64,000 bases of DNA from Bacteroidales bacterium. Its GTDB lineage: Bacteria > Bacteroidota > Bacteroidia > Bacteroidales > UBA7960. Of the stretch, positions 36,624-46,943 are shown piece after piece. Each line of letters opens with the position of its first letter. The stretch's first letter is position 1. The stretch covers positions 3,240 through 67,239 of the forward strand of contig JAHYJD010000005.1 in assembly GCA_019429365.1 (NCBI GenBank). The letters run 5' to 3'. A program made the translations under genes and the position numbers. Under the pieces are notes generated by a model. It was not told the origin of the DNA. It searched no databases and saw nothing but the letters and a program-made list of their open reading frames with translations.

Positions 36624-38729
36624 ATGATCCAGGAATACCTCAAAACTTCCATAGAATACCTCAAGGGCGTGGGTCCTAAACGAGGAGACTTGCTACGCAA
36701 GGAAGCGGAGGTATTTACTTTTGGCGACCTGCTTGAGTTTTTCCCCTTTCGTTATGTGGACCGCAGCAAGTTTTACAAGGTCAGCGAGGTAAGCGAAGAC
36801 CTGCCTTATGTGCAGATCAGGGGCTATATTGTTGATGTTGAGCTGCATGGCCAAAAGCGCGCCACCCGCATGACGGCAACCCTGCGCGATGATACCGGCA
36901 CAATGGAGCTGGTGTGGTTTCAGGGAATTAAATGGCTGAAGAATGCCTTCAAACCCAATGTTGAGTACATCGTTTTTGGCAAACCGTCATTGTTTGGGCG
37001 GCGCTACAATATTGTGCACCCTGAAGTGGAGCCCGTAACTCCCGGAGCCATAAACCAGGAGTCGGCCATGCAGCCGGTTTATAATTCTTCCGAAAAACTC
37101 AAGTCGCAGGGGCTCGATAGCCGGGGCATCAGCAAGCTTATGAGAACCTTGCTGCCTCTTGCCATCGACCATGTTAGGGAAACCCTTCCTGCCGAAATGC
37201 TTTCTGCAATTAAGTTGCCCGACCGCAAAACCACCCTTTTGCATATTCACTTTCCGCCCGATCCGATGGCGCTTAAAAAGGCAGTAGCCCGGCTTAAGTT
37301 CGAAGAGCTGTTTTACATTCAGCTCAATCTGCTCCGGCATAAACTGCTGCGTTCCGAAAAAAGCGGGGGTCATGTTTTCAGGAAAATCGGCGATTATTTC
37401 AACAACTTTTATAACAGCTGCCTGGGCTTCGAGCTTACCGGGGCTCAGAAACGGGTTATGAAAGAGATCAGAAGCGATACCCTTGCGGGGAAACAAATGA
37501 ACCGCTTGCTTCAGGGTGATGTGGGCAGCGGAAAAACCGTAGTAGCCTTAATGACTATGCTTATTGCCCTCGACAATGGCTTCCAGGCCTGCCTGATGGC
37601 ACCCACCGAAATACTTGCCTTTCAGCACTTTGAGTCAATTTCGCGTTTGCTTAATCCATTGAATATCAAAGTCGGTCTTTTGACCGGATCAACCCGATCG
37701 GCCCAGCGTCGCCAGCTTTTAAAAGCGCTAAAAGATGGTGATTTACAGATAATTATAGGCACCCACGCTCTGATTGAAGATGTAGTTCAGTTTGACAAAC
37801 TTGGGGTGGTGGTAATTGATGAGCAGCATCGCTTTGGGGTGGCCCAGCGTGCTAAACTTTGGTCGAAAGGACATGTGCCTCCGCATATTTTAGTAATGAC
37901 TGCCACACCCATTCCGCGAACCCTGGCCATGACGCTTTACGGCGACCTGGATGTGTCGGTGATTGATGAACTGCCTCCTGGCCGCAAACCCATTAAGACT
38001 ATTCATCAATACGACAGCAACCGCCTGAAGGTTTTTGGTTTTATGCGCGAGCAGATAAAACTTGGCAGGCAGATCTATGTGGTCTATCCACTCATTAAGG
38101 AATCTGAAACCCTCGACCTGAAAGACCTGACCGATGGTTACGAGAGCATAGTTCGCGATTTTCCGCTGCCCGATTATGCGGTGAGCATTGTGCACGGGCA
38201 GATGAAACCTGCGGACAAGGATTTTGAAATGCAGCGTTTTGTAAAGGGTCAGACGCAAATTATGGTGGCCACTACCGTGATAGAGGTGGGTATTGACGTG
38301 CCCAATGCTTCGGTAATGGTAATAGAGAGTGCCGAGCGCTTTGGCTTGTCTCAGCTTCATCAGCTTCGCGGACGGGTTGGGCGCGGTGCCGATCAGAGCT
38401 ATTGCATCTTAATGACCGGACACAAACTCAGCAACGACGCCCGCAAGCGCATTGATGTGATGGTTCGCTCCACTGATGGTTTTGAAATTGCCGAAATGGA
38501 CCTGAAGTTACGCGGTCCCGGCGACATCCAGGGCACACAGCAAAGCGGCATCCTTGACCTGAAAATGGCCGATCTGGCAAAAGATGAAGCCATTCTGAAG
38601 TTTGCCCGCGCCAAGGCCAGGGAACTGCTCGAAGATGACCCCCACCTGGAAAAACCCGCCCATCGCATGGTAGTGCAACGCCTGCGCACATTGTATCACG
38701 ACAAGCTTTTCTGGAGCAGGATCAGTTAG
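36624..38729 (+). CDS. recG: ATP-dependent DNA helicase RecG
   Basis: 701-aa ORF with a wedge/OB N-terminus, GDVGSGKT (Walker A), DEQHRFG, MTATPIPRT and QLHQLRGRVGRG motifs. Confidence 0.92.
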   Translation: MIQEYLKTSIEYLKGVGPKRGDLLRKEAEVFTFGDLLEFFPFRYVDRSKFYKVSEVSEDLPYVQIRGYIVDVELHGQKRATRMTATLRDDTGTMELVWFQGIKWLKNAFKPNVEYIVFGKPSLFGRRYNIVHPEVEPVTPGAINQESAMQPVYNSSEKLKSQGLDSRGISKLMRTLLPLAIDHVRETLPAEMLSAIKLPDRKTTLLHIHFPPDPMALKKAVARLKFEELFYIQLNLLRHKLLRSEKSGGHVFRKIGDYFNNFYNSCLGFELTGAQKRVMKEIRSDTLAGKQMNRLLQGDVGSGKTVVALMTMLIALDNGFQACLMAPTEILAFQHFESISRLLNPLNIKVGLLTGSTRSAQRRQLLKALKDGDLQIIIGTHALIEDVVQFDKLGVVVIDEQHRFGVAQRAKLWSKGHVPPHILVMTATPIPRTLAMTLYGDLDVSVIDELPPGRKPIKTIHQYDSNRLKVFGFMREQIKLGRQIYVVYPLIKESETLDLKDLTDGYESIVRDFPLPDYAVSIVHGQMKPADKDFEMQRFVKGQTQIMVATTVIEVGIDVPNASVMVIESAERFGLSQLHQLRGRVGRGADQSYCILMTGHKLSNDARKRIDVMVRSTDGFEIAEMDLKLRGPGDIQGTQQSGILDLKMADLAKDEAILKFARAKARELLEDDPHLEKPAHRMVVQRLRTLYHDKLFWSRIS

Positions 38730-38732
38730 GGT

Positions 38733-38764
38733 AAAAAAAACGCTGCGCCAGGGCGCAGCGTTTA
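38733..38764. terminator. Bidirectional terminator between recG and tonB
   Basis: AAAAAAAA-CGCTGCGCC-ag-GGCGCAGCG-TTT. Confidence 0.7.
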
Positions 38765-38783
38765 AGATTTTTTTATTCCTTGC

Positions 38784-39461
38784 TTAGTTGAGAACGAAGC
38801 GAATGGGCATGTTGAACTGCACCCTAACCGGCTGGCCTCTTTGGCGACCGGGGTTCCAGCGGGGCATGTTGCGAACCACGCGCACGGCTTCTTCATCGCA
38901 GCCACCGCCGATACCGCGCAATACGCGTACGTCGGTAACAGAGCCATCGCGTTCAACCACAAAGGTTACGAATACGGTACCCTGAATGCCTGCTTCGCGG
39001 GCCATCTGGGGATAACGCAGGTTGTCGGTAAGGTAACGGATGCGTGCTTCTTCACCACCCGGGAAACTGGGCTGGTCTTCAACCACGGTAAAGATCACGT
39101 CTTCCGCAATTTCTTCTTCCTGCTGCACCACCACGGGAGTAAATTCCCTGATCTCGGTAGTAACGGTAGCTTCCACATCGACAATGAAATCTTCTTCAAT
39201 TTCCACATCATCGTCAACAATGATCAGCTCCATAGAGGCTTCCGGAGGTGGAGGCGGGGGAGGGGTTTCCTGGCGAGTGATCGGAATGTCTTCCTCCTCG
39301 ATAAAGTCCATTTCCAGGGTACCCAGGTCGTACTCTGGCCTTTCGTAGGTTTTCCATTCGAATGCTACCAGAACACCAACAAGCGCAATGGCCAGACCAA
39401 TCTGGAGAAAAATGCGCTTTTTGTTTTCGAGGTCAGCTTTCGGTGTTTTTTTTGCTTCCAT
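38784..39461 (-). CDS. tonB: Energy transducer TonB (paralog 1)
   Basis: N-terminal TM anchor, Pro-rich linker (TPPPPPPPE), and C-terminal TonB domain (GIQGTVFVTFVVERDGSVTDVRVLRGIGGGCDEEAVRVV..MPRW.PG). Confidence 0.85.
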   Translation of the reverse strand: MEAKKTPKADLENKKRIFLQIGLAIALVGVLVAFEWKTYERPEYDLGTLEMDFIEEEDIPITRQETPPPPPPPEASMELIIVDDDVEIEEDFIVDVEATVTTEIREFTPVVVQQEEEIAEDVIFTVVEDQPSFPGGEEARIRYLTDNLRYPQMAREAGIQGTVFVTFVVERDGSVTDVRVLRGIGGGCDEEAVRVVRNMPRWNPGRQRGQPVRVQFNMPIRFVLN

Positions 39462-39576
39462 ATATGTTTGCTGGTTTTTGGCAGGCGCCTGTAAAGGTGA
39501 AATTTTACTTGTTTAAAAGCGACTGCTAATATACAAATAATTTGAAAAAATTGTTCCCGCTTTCTTAAATCAAAAC

Positions 39577-39969
39577 TTATTTTAAAAAACCGGGCCTGAT
39601 TCTCAAAATAAAACTGAATAATAAAACTCCAAAAACTGTTCCAAAGAGATTGAACAAAACATCGATAATGTTTCCATCCCTGCCGGCAAAATAAAAATGT
39701 TGCAATACTTCCGTCAGACTTCCGTAAATTACTCCTGCCAGAATCGTGAACACCACAAAACGAAGGTGAAAGATCCCCTGCTTGCTTTGTTTGAAAAATC
39801 CAAACGAAAACAACAATCCAAACACTGCAAAAAGAACAAAATGCACCAGCTTGTCGAAATGCGGGATGCTAAAAATGCCGGACTTCGGAATATTCCCCGG
39901 GGGCATGCTGATGGCCATAAGAATCACCAGCCCCCACACTATGGCGGGAATAAAAAATCTAAAAGCCAT
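39577..39969 (-). CDS. VanZ-family membrane protein
   Basis: 130-aa, 4-TM ORF with the HFDKLVHF and R.G...D...N..G motifs. Confidence 0.7.
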   Translation of the reverse strand: MAFRFFIPAIVWGLVILMAISMPPGNIPKSGIFSIPHFDKLVHFVLFAVFGLLFSFGFFKQSKQGIFHLRFVVFTILAGVIYGSLTEVLQHFYFAGRDGNIIDVLFNLFGTVFGVLLFSFILRIRPGFLK

Positions 39970-40005
39970 TATTTAGGGTTGCCGTTCAGGAGTGTGCCCG
40001 GAGCC

Positions 40006-40386
40006 TTATGCACCAACCAGTTCCTTATACTGAGAAGGGGTTAACAGTGTTTCTGTTTCTGAAGCGTCCGACAGTTTCATTTTAATAATCCAGCCATCCC
40101 CGTATGGGTCTTTGTTAACCACATCAGGAGTGGATTCGAGCTCCTCGTTAAAGTCGGTCACTTCACCCGAAAGAGGCATAAACAGGTCGGAAACGGTTTT
40201 AACCGCTTCTATGGTCCCGAAGGTTTCTTCTTTGTCAAGGGATTCGCCCACGGTGTCAACTTCCACATATACAATGTCGCCAAGCTCTTTCTGTGCGAAA
40301 TCAGTGATGCCCACAGTTGCGCTTTCGCCTTCAATCTTTACCCATTCGTGGTCTTTGGTGTACAGTAAATCTTCAGGAAAATTCAT
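40006..40386 (-). CDS. gcvH: Glycine cleavage system protein H
   Basis: 126-aa ORF with [20 protein letters not shown] and lipoyl-Lys context IEAVKTVSD. Confidence 0.92.
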   Translation of the reverse strand: MNFPEDLLYTKDHEWVKIEGESATVGITDFAQKELGDIVYVEVDTVGESLDKEETFGTIEAVKTVSDLFMPLSGEVTDFNEELESTPDVVNKDPYGDGWIIKMKLSDASETETLLTPSQYKELVGA

Positions 40387-40429
40387 AGTAATAATATTTT
40401 TTGGTGAATGAATTGGAACTGATGGTTAT

Positions 40430-40477
40430 GTGGCCAAAAGTACAATCTTTTTTTATAAAAAAGAATTTTGCGGCCAC
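40430..40477 (-). terminator. Candidate terminator / long imperfect hairpin after the suf operon
   Basis: Outer arms GTGGCC..AAAA and TTTT..GGCCAC enclose the 16-nt palindrome CTTTTTTATAAAAAAG. Confidence 0.35.
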
Positions 40478-40507
40478 AGAAAAGGAATAATGCGCCGGAG
40501 GCAGCCC

Positions 40508-40837
40508 TTATAACAAGCCCAGCTCCAGCATGGCTGCCTCAGAAATCATGTCTTTACTCCACTCAGGCTCAAAAACCAGTTTTACATTCACCTGCTTGAT
40601 GCCTTCCACACCTAGAACAGCTTCTTTCACATCGCGGGGTATCTCATCAGCTACGGGGCAGTTGGGGTTGGTAAGGGTCATGGTAATGTCAACCGTATCG
40701 TCGTTGGTGGCCAAAATTTCGTAAATGAGCCCCAGGTCGTAAATGTTCACCGGAATTTCGGGGTCAAACACGGTTTTGAGGGCATCCACGATTTTTGCTT
40801 CTCTTTCGAGGAAATTGCCTTTTGATTCCATCTTCAT
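40508..40837 (-). CDS. DUF59/SufT-type Fe-S cluster assembly protein
   Basis: 109-aa ORF with V.DPE..VNIYDLGLIY and LTNPNCPVA motifs. It is the last gene of the suf cluster. Confidence 0.8.
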   Translation of the reverse strand: MKMESKGNFLEREAKIVDALKTVFDPEIPVNIYDLGLIYEILATNDDTVDITMTLTNPNCPVADEIPRDVKEAVLGVEGIKQVNVKLVFEPEWSKDMISEAAMLELGLL

Positions 40838-40842
40838 TGCAA

Positions 40843-41271
40843 TTAGGTTCCCTGCTGTTTTGCCTTAAAGGCCAGGGCATAAAGTTTCATTTGTTTGATC
40901 ATGTTTACCAACCCGTTTGAGCGGGTGGGCGAGAGGTGTTCTTTCAGGCCAATGGCATCGATAAATGCCAGGTCGGCATCCACGATGTCTTGCGGAGGCT
41001 GATTGGAGAGCACGCGAATAAGCAGCCCTACAATGCCGCGGGTAATGAGGGCGTCGCTGTCGGCTTTGAAAACCACCCTGCCATCCTCCATGCTTGCCTG
41101 CAGCCAAACCTGCGACTGGCAGCCTTTGATCAGGAACTGGTCTTGCTTGTACTGCGAATCAATGACAGGAACGGACTTACCCGTCTCGATAATGTAGTTG
41201 TACTTGTCCATCCAATCATCGAACATTTCAAATTCGGAAATGATTTCCTGTTCCTTTTCCTTGATATTCAT
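40843..41271 (-). CDS. sufE: SufE-family sulfur acceptor
   Basis: 142-aa ORF with IKGCQSQVWL (conserved Cys) and SDA.I.RG..GLL motifs. Confidence 0.85.
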   Translation of the reverse strand: MNIKEKEQEIISEFEMFDDWMDKYNYIIETGKSVPVIDSQYKQDQFLIKGCQSQVWLQASMEDGRVVFKADSDALITRGIVGLLIRVLSNQPPQDIVDADLAFIDAIGLKEHLSPTRSNGLVNMIKQMKLYALAFKAKQQGT

Positions 41272-41295
41272 GTCCTGATTTTTATCAAAATTAGT

Positions 41296-41784
41296 TTATG
41301 CTGCCGTTTCTTCAAACAGTTGCTTTTTCTCAAGCTCAGAAAGCCCAAGGTCGTGCGAAGTTTTGAAATTGTTGGGCCTGCTGATTATAAAAAACAGCAG
41401 AATGATGGCCAAAAGCAGGATCAGGTCGTTGTCGCCCGTTAAGAGAAAAGAGACAATGGCAAAAAAAGCGACTCCTTCGGTAAGGGCAAATCGAATGATA
41501 AGCGCCTGCTGGTATTTTCCAAGTCTTTCAACCAGGCCCGTTTCCTGCCCGATCTTTTTTATCATTCTTTGCGGAACACTATGCGCCACGGGAATAATTA
41601 CCACCGTGAACCCGATTACCAGCAACTTAAGTATCTGGTGTATTAGTGGGTCATGGCCTGTCAATGGGCCTATATTGCTTACAAACAAGGAGGCGACAAT
41701 AAGAAAACTTATCATCATTAGAAACAATATCCAATAAACCCTGGTAAGGTTTTTATAAATGGCTTTTGGGTCGCTGTCAAACAT
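41296..41784 (-). CDS. Four-TM membrane protein of unknown function embedded in the suf operon
   Basis: 162-aa ORF with four clear hydrophobic segments. It is co-oriented between sufS and sufE with short spacers. Confidence 0.6.
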   Translation of the reverse strand: MFDSDPKAIYKNLTRVYWILFLMMISFLIVASLFVSNIGPLTGHDPLIHQILKLLVIGFTVVIIPVAHSVPQRMIKKIGQETGLVERLGKYQQALIIRFALTEGVAFFAIVSFLLTGDNDLILLLAIILLFFIISRPNNFKTSHDLGLSELEKKQLFEETAA

Positions 41785-41834
41785 GGTTGTAAAAGAAAAG
41801 GGTGGATTAAAAATTTTTCCCCGAAAGGGTGTTG

Positions 41835-43055
41835 TTAACCAAAAAGAGTTCTGACTTTTTTCAGGCCCTCGACAAGGATATCGATTTCCTGGCGGGTGTT
41901 ATAAACGGCAAAAGACACCCGGACGGTTCCGGGCACTTCGAAAAAGTCCATTGTCGGCTGTGCGCAGTGATGGCCTGTTCTGACAGCTATGCCCAATTTG
42001 TCAAGTATGATCCCGGTGTCGTAAGGATGTATGTCGTTAAAAATAAATGATATCACGCTGGTTTTCTTCTCAGCAGTGCCAATGAAGCGGATATTTTCGA
42101 GGGTTTGCAGTTGTTCCATGCCGTATTGCATGAGCTGGTTTTCGTAGGCCGATATTTCGTCGTGGCGGAGGTACGACACAAACCTGAGGGCGGCCTCGAG
42201 TCCGAGCACATCGCCCACGTTGGGGGTTCCGGCTTCGAACTTAAAGGGCAACTCGTTGTAGGTGGTGCCCGAAAAGCGCACCTCCTTAATCATCTCGCCT
42301 CCGCCCTGGTAAGGGGGCATTTGCTGCAGCCATTCTTCCTTTCCGTAAAGCACGCCCACGCCCATTGGCCCGTAGAGCTTATGCCCCGAAAAGCAATAAA
42401 AGTCGCAGTCGAGGGCCTGTACATCCACTTTCATGTGTGGTACTGCCTGTGCACCGTCGATCAGCACAGGAATGCCTTTTTGATGCGCCAGGGCAATAAT
42501 TTCTTCGATGGGATTTATGGTTCCCAGCGCGTTGCTCACATGCGTCACAGCCACAATGCGGGTATTGTTGCTGAGCAGTTTTTCGTATTCCTCCATGAGC
42601 AGTTCGCCCCTTTCATTCATCGGAATTACCTTCAGAATGGCGCCCCGCTCCTGGCAGGCCATTTGCCAGGGCACAATGTTGGAGTGGTGTTCCATTGCCG
42701 AAATCAGGATCTCGTCGCCGGGATTTACAAACTTCTTGCTGAATGAACTTGCAACCAGGTTGATGGCTTCGGTGGTGCCGCGCGAAAAGATTATTTCGTG
42801 GCTAAAGGCGGCATTAAGGTATAACCTTGTGGTTTCTCGGGCGTTCTCATAAGCTTCGGTGGCCTGCTGGCTAAGGTAGTGGGCACCTCGGTGTATGTTG
42901 CTGTTTTCCTTGTAGTAATATTCCATCAGGCGTTCCACTACAGCCTTGGGCTTTTGGGTGGTCGCGGCATTGTCGAAGTATACCAAAGGTTTACCATTTA
43001 CCTCCTGGCCCAGTAGCGGAAACTCCCTTCGCAGCTGTTCAATGTTGAAACTCAT
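41835..43055 (-). CDS. sufS: Cysteine desulfurase, SufS type
   Basis: 406-aa ORF with YFDNAATTQKP, SGHKLYGP..VG (PLP Lys) and RTGHHCAQP (active-site Cys) motifs. Confidence 0.92.
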   Translation of the reverse strand: MSFNIEQLRREFPLLGQEVNGKPLVYFDNAATTQKPKAVVERLMEYYYKENSNIHRGAHYLSQQATEAYENARETTRLYLNAAFSHEIIFSRGTTEAINLVASSFSKKFVNPGDEILISAMEHHSNIVPWQMACQERGAILKVIPMNERGELLMEEYEKLLSNNTRIVAVTHVSNALGTINPIEEIIALAHQKGIPVLIDGAQAVPHMKVDVQALDCDFYCFSGHKLYGPMGVGVLYGKEEWLQQMPPYQGGGEMIKEVRFSGTTYNELPFKFEAGTPNVGDVLGLEAALRFVSYLRHDEISAYENQLMQYGMEQLQTLENIRFIGTAEKKTSVISFIFNDIHPYDTGIILDKLGIAVRTGHHCAQPTMDFFEVPGTVRVSFAVYNTRQEIDILVEGLKKVRTLFG

Positions 43056-43062
43056 GTGCCCG

Positions 43063-44487
43063 TTAAATTTTACTCATGTCGATGTTAAAGGTGGTGGGCC
43101 CTTTGTCGTTGCAATGCAGCACACACTGATCGCAAATGGAGAGTTCGCCTTTCAGGCGTCTTTCTACCATGCTTCCAATTCTTTGTCTGAGGGGTTCGAT
43201 AGAGATTTTCTGCACTACCTCATCGGCAAATGCCAGCATCATTAATTGCCGGGCGCTTTTTTCACTAATACCTCTTGATCGCAGATAGAACATGGCTTCG
43301 GGATCGAGCTGGCCAACAGTAGCACCGTGGCTGCATTTCACATCGTCGGCATAAATTTCGAGATGCGGCTGGGTATTCACCTTGGCTTCGTCGGTGAGCA
43401 GCAGGTTTTTGTTGTTCTGGTAGGCCAGGGTTTGCTGGGCTTCGCGCCGAACCATAATCTTCCCGCTGAAAACCGCTCGGGCCTGGTCGTCGAGAATGCC
43501 TTTGAATAGTTGGTTGCTGAAACAGCCTTGGGCTGCATGGTCGATAAATACCTGGTTGTCGACATGCTGGTTCCTGTCAACAAGGTACAGGCCATTCAGG
43601 TCGGCATGCGTTTCGGTTTCTTGCAGGGTAACGTGGAGGTTGTTGCGGGTAAAGCCTCCGTTGAGGGTAATTATGTTGCTTGAAACCCGGCTCTTTTTTT
43701 GTAAATGGAAGAAAGTGTTAGTAAACAAAGCTGAATTTTTTCCTTTGTTCTGGATCTTGTAATGGTCGACAATTGCTTCGGGATGTGCAAAAACCTCCAT
43801 TACGGTATTGGTAAAACTTACATTGTGAGTCAGGGAGTGATCGCAATTCACAAGTGTAACATTTGATCCTTTTTCGGCTATCAGCATATGACGGGGCTGA
43901 AGCAGCAGCGGAACCTGCGAATCGACGATGTTGATCAGTTGGATTGGTTTTTCTACGGTGACGCCTTCGGGAACAAAAATAAAAAGGCCATCCTGAATGA
44001 ATGCGGTGTTGAGTGCCACCAGCCCCGATTTTTCCGCGGAAGCGGCTTTGCCCAGGTATTCGTCAACAATTTCAGGGTAAACCTCCATGGCTTTTGCCAG
44101 GCTGCCAATAATGGTTCCATTCGAAAGTCGGGTAAGGGGAGCGTTTTTGTAAACAAACCATCCGTTGAGCAGGGTAACACTGAAGGTGTCCAGATCGTAC
44201 ACATCGCAGGTAAATATCTTTTCGATGTTGAACGGCCGGCTTTGGTTGCTAAAGTCGAATGCAAAGTCGGTTTCGAGCAGTTGACTGATATCTGAGAACC
44301 GCCAGTTTTCCATTTTGGGATTTGGGAAGCCCTGACGCTCAAACGCTGCCAGAGCCATTTCGCGAAGGCGATTGGCGGCAGGTGTTGCGTTCCCCTTTAT
44401 ATGCGGCAGGTTTTCGTAAAACAGCGAAAGCAGCCTGTCCTTTAGCGGGAGGGTATTTATGCTGGTTGTCATGTTATCCTGAATCAT
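43063..44487 (-). CDS. sufD: Fe-S cluster assembly protein SufD (with a Cys/His-rich C-terminal tail)
   Basis: 474-aa ORF in the SufB/D beta-helix family (..PHLEIYADDVKCSHGATVGQLD.EA.FYL.SRG). It sits between sufC and sufS. The tail reads ...SICDQCVLHCNDKG.... Confidence 0.85.
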   Translation of the reverse strand: MIQDNMTTSINTLPLKDRLLSLFYENLPHIKGNATPAANRLREMALAAFERQGFPNPKMENWRFSDISQLLETDFAFDFSNQSRPFNIEKIFTCDVYDLDTFSVTLLNGWFVYKNAPLTRLSNGTIIGSLAKAMEVYPEIVDEYLGKAASAEKSGLVALNTAFIQDGLFIFVPEGVTVEKPIQLINIVDSQVPLLLQPRHMLIAEKGSNVTLVNCDHSLTHNVSFTNTVMEVFAHPEAIVDHYKIQNKGKNSALFTNTFFHLQKKSRVSSNIITLNGGFTRNNLHVTLQETETHADLNGLYLVDRNQHVDNQVFIDHAAQGCFSNQLFKGILDDQARAVFSGKIMVRREAQQTLAYQNNKNLLLTDEAKVNTQPHLEIYADDVKCSHGATVGQLDPEAMFYLRSRGISEKSARQLMMLAFADEVVQKISIEPLRQRIGSMVERRLKGELSICDQCVLHCNDKGPTTFNIDMSKI

Positions 44488-44518
44488 TTTTATACAACAA
44501 AGCTTGCGAGAACTTCTG

Positions 44519-45283
44519 TTAATGGGCTGCGGCCATATTGGCTTCTTTTTTCACCCATTCGTAGCCCTTGCTTTCAAGTTCCAGGGCAAGGCTCTTGTCT
44601 CCGCTTTTTACAATGCGGCCATCGAAAAGTACATGCACGTAGTCAGGAATAATAAAATCGAGCAAGCGCTGGTAGTGGGTAATGATAATGGTGGCGTTTT
44701 CGGGTGAACGAAGTTTGTTTACGCCGTTGGCAACAACTTTCAGCGCATCGATGTCGAGTCCTGAGTCTGTTTCGTCGAGTATTGCCAGCCTGGGTTCGAG
44801 CAGGGCCATCTGGAATATTTCATTTTTCTTCTTTTCGCCACCCGAGAAACCTTCGTTTACTGAACGATTGGTAAGTTTAGACTGAATCTCCACCAGTTTT
44901 TTCTTTTCTTCCATAAGCTTCAGAAACTCGGCTCCGCTCATGGGCTCCAGGCCAAGGTGCTTCCTTTTTTCGTTGATGGCTGTGCGCATAAAGCTGGCCA
45001 TGCTCACCCCTGGAATTTCCACGGGATACTGAAACCCAAGGAAAATGCCTTCGCGGGCCCTGATTTCGGGGGCCATATCAAAAAGGTTCTGCCCACGATA
45101 GGTGATTTCACCGCGGTCTACATCGAACATGTCGCGGCCGGCAATAACCGAAGCCAGGGTGCTTTTCCCGGTGCCGTTGGGGCCCATAATGGCATGAACC
45201 TCACCTGCTTTCACTTCAAGGTTGAAACCATCCAGGATGGTTTTTCCGTTGATGGATACTGAAAGATCTTTTATGCTTAACAT
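44519..45283 (-). CDS. sufC: Fe-S cluster assembly ATPase SufC
   Basis: 254-aa ORF with GPNGTGKST, FSGGEKKKNEI and LAILDETDSGLD motifs. Confidence 0.95.
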   Translation of the reverse strand: MLSIKDLSVSINGKTILDGFNLEVKAGEVHAIMGPNGTGKSTLASVIAGRDMFDVDRGEITYRGQNLFDMAPEIRAREGIFLGFQYPVEIPGVSMASFMRTAINEKRKHLGLEPMSGAEFLKLMEEKKKLVEIQSKLTNRSVNEGFSGGEKKKNEIFQMALLEPRLAILDETDSGLDIDALKVVANGVNKLRSPENATIIITHYQRLLDFIIPDYVHVLFDGRIVKSGDKSLALELESKGYEWVKKEANMAAAH

Positions 45284-45319
45284 TGGAATATATTTTCAAA
45301 AAAAATGATTACAAATGGA

Positions 45320-46774
45320 TTAACCTACACTGCCTTCAAGGCTGATTGACAACAATTTCTGGGCTTCTACGGCAAATTCCATGGGCAGCTTGCTGAGCAC
45401 TTCCTTGGCGTAGCCGTTAACGATCAGGCCAATGGCACTTTCCATGTCGATGCCGCGCTGCAGGCAATAAAAGAGCTGGTCTTCCGAAATTTTGCTGGTA
45501 GTAGCCTCGTGCTCCACAATAGATGACCTGTTCCCCACTTCAATGTAGGGAAAAGTATGTGCGCCGCATTTGTCGCCAAGCAGCAGCGAGTCGCACTGCG
45601 AGAAGTTTCGGGCGTTTTCGGCCTTTCGGGTGGTTTTTACCAGGCCGCGGTAGCTGTTGTTGCTGAAGCCAGCAGAGATGCCCTTGCTGATAATGGTGCT
45701 GCGGGTATTCTTCCCAAGGTGAATCATCTTGGTGCCGGTATCGGCCTGCTGGTGGTTGTTGGTAACGGCCACCGAGTAAAATTCGCCGGTAGAGTTGTCG
45801 CCACGCAAAATCAGGCTGGGGTATTTCCAGGTAATGGCCGAGCCGGTCTCCACCTGTGTCCAGCTGATCTTAGAGTTTTCGCCTTCGCAAATGCCGCGTT
45901 TGGTTACAAAGTTATACACCCCGCCCTTGCCTTCCTTGTCGCCGGGCCACCAGTTTTGCACGGTAGAATACTTCACCTCGGCATCTTTGTGGGCAATAAT
46001 CTCCACGATGGCGGCATGCAGCTGGTTTTCGTCGCGAATGGGGGCCGTGCAGCCTTCCATATAACTCACATAGCTGCCTTCTTCGGCCACGATAAGTGTG
46101 CGTTCGAACTGCCCGGTATTGGCCGCATTGATGCGGAAATAAGTGGAAAGTTCGAGCGGGCATTTTACGCCTTTGGGAATAAAAACAAAAGAACCATCGC
46201 TGAAAACAGCGGTGTTGAGGGCTGCAAAGAAGTTGTCGGTGTAAGGCACCACGGTGCCCATATATTTTTTGATCAGCTCCGGGTATTCTCGCACAGCCTC
46301 GCTGAACGAGCAAAAGATTACGCCCTTTTCTGCCAGGGTTGAACGGAAAGTCGTGGCTACTGACACACTGTCCATTACTGCATCGACGGCCACGCCAGCC
46401 AGCATTTTCTGCTCCTCGAGCGGAATACCCAGCTTTTCGAAGGTTTCGAGCAATTCAGGGTCCACCTCGTTTAGGCTTTCCAACTTGGGCTTTTTGACGG
46501 GAGCCGAAAAGTAAATGATATCCTGGTAATCGATGGGCGGATATTGGACATGGGCCCAGCGGGGCTCCTTCAGGGTTTGCCAGTGGCGAAACGCCTTGAG
46601 CCTGATGTCGAGCATAAACTCAGGTTCGTTCTTTTTTGCCGAGATAAACCGGATGGTGTCTTCGGTGAGCCCTTTAGGGGCTTGCTCCATCTCCACGTCA
46701 GTGTAAAAACCATACTTGTATTCACTGCCGGTTACCTCTTCAAGAATATCGTTGTTTTTGTCTTCCATCAACAA
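45320..46774 (-). CDS. sufB: Fe-S cluster assembly scaffold SufB
   Basis: 484-aa ORF with EGCTAP, H.GKNT.S.I.SKGIS and P.IEV.N....[15 protein letters not shown]...RG motifs. Confidence 0.95.
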   Translation of the reverse strand: MLMEDKNNDILEEVTGSEYKYGFYTDVEMEQAPKGLTEDTIRFISAKKNEPEFMLDIRLKAFRHWQTLKEPRWAHVQYPPIDYQDIIYFSAPVKKPKLESLNEVDPELLETFEKLGIPLEEQKMLAGVAVDAVMDSVSVATTFRSTLAEKGVIFCSFSEAVREYPELIKKYMGTVVPYTDNFFAALNTAVFSDGSFVFIPKGVKCPLELSTYFRINAANTGQFERTLIVAEEGSYVSYMEGCTAPIRDENQLHAAIVEIIAHKDAEVKYSTVQNWWPGDKEGKGGVYNFVTKRGICEGENSKISWTQVETGSAITWKYPSLILRGDNSTGEFYSVAVTNNHQQADTGTKMIHLGKNTRSTIISKGISAGFSNNSYRGLVKTTRKAENARNFSQCDSLLLGDKCGAHTFPYIEVGNRSSIVEHEATTSKISEDQLFYCLQRGIDMESAIGLIVNGYAKEVLSKLPMEFAVEAQKLLSISLEGSVG

Positions 46775-46870
46775 AAAGATATATGATTGTCTGGTTTTCA
46801 GGTTTCTTTGCAGAAAAACATATCTGGCAAAAGCCCTTAACCTTATTTAGATTTAATTAAAATTAGCTTG

Positions 46871-46878
46871 CAAAGATA
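46871..46878 (-). promoter_or_regulatory. Candidate -7 promoter box (TAtcTTTG) for the suf operon
   Basis: The minus strand reads TATCTTTGCAAGC, about 95 nt upstream of the sufB ATG. Confidence 0.4.
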
Positions 46879-46943
46879 GCAAAGGTAGCGGGGATATTCA
46901 AATGTTTACCCGGAATAATTTGTCAATAATACCAGGCTTAATT

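Noticed and set aside
40387-40507. A glycine riboswitch upstream of gcvH.
   Set aside because: The region is only ~120 nt. It lacks the conserved glycine-aptamer elements and is mostly occupied by the hairpin that follows the suf operon.
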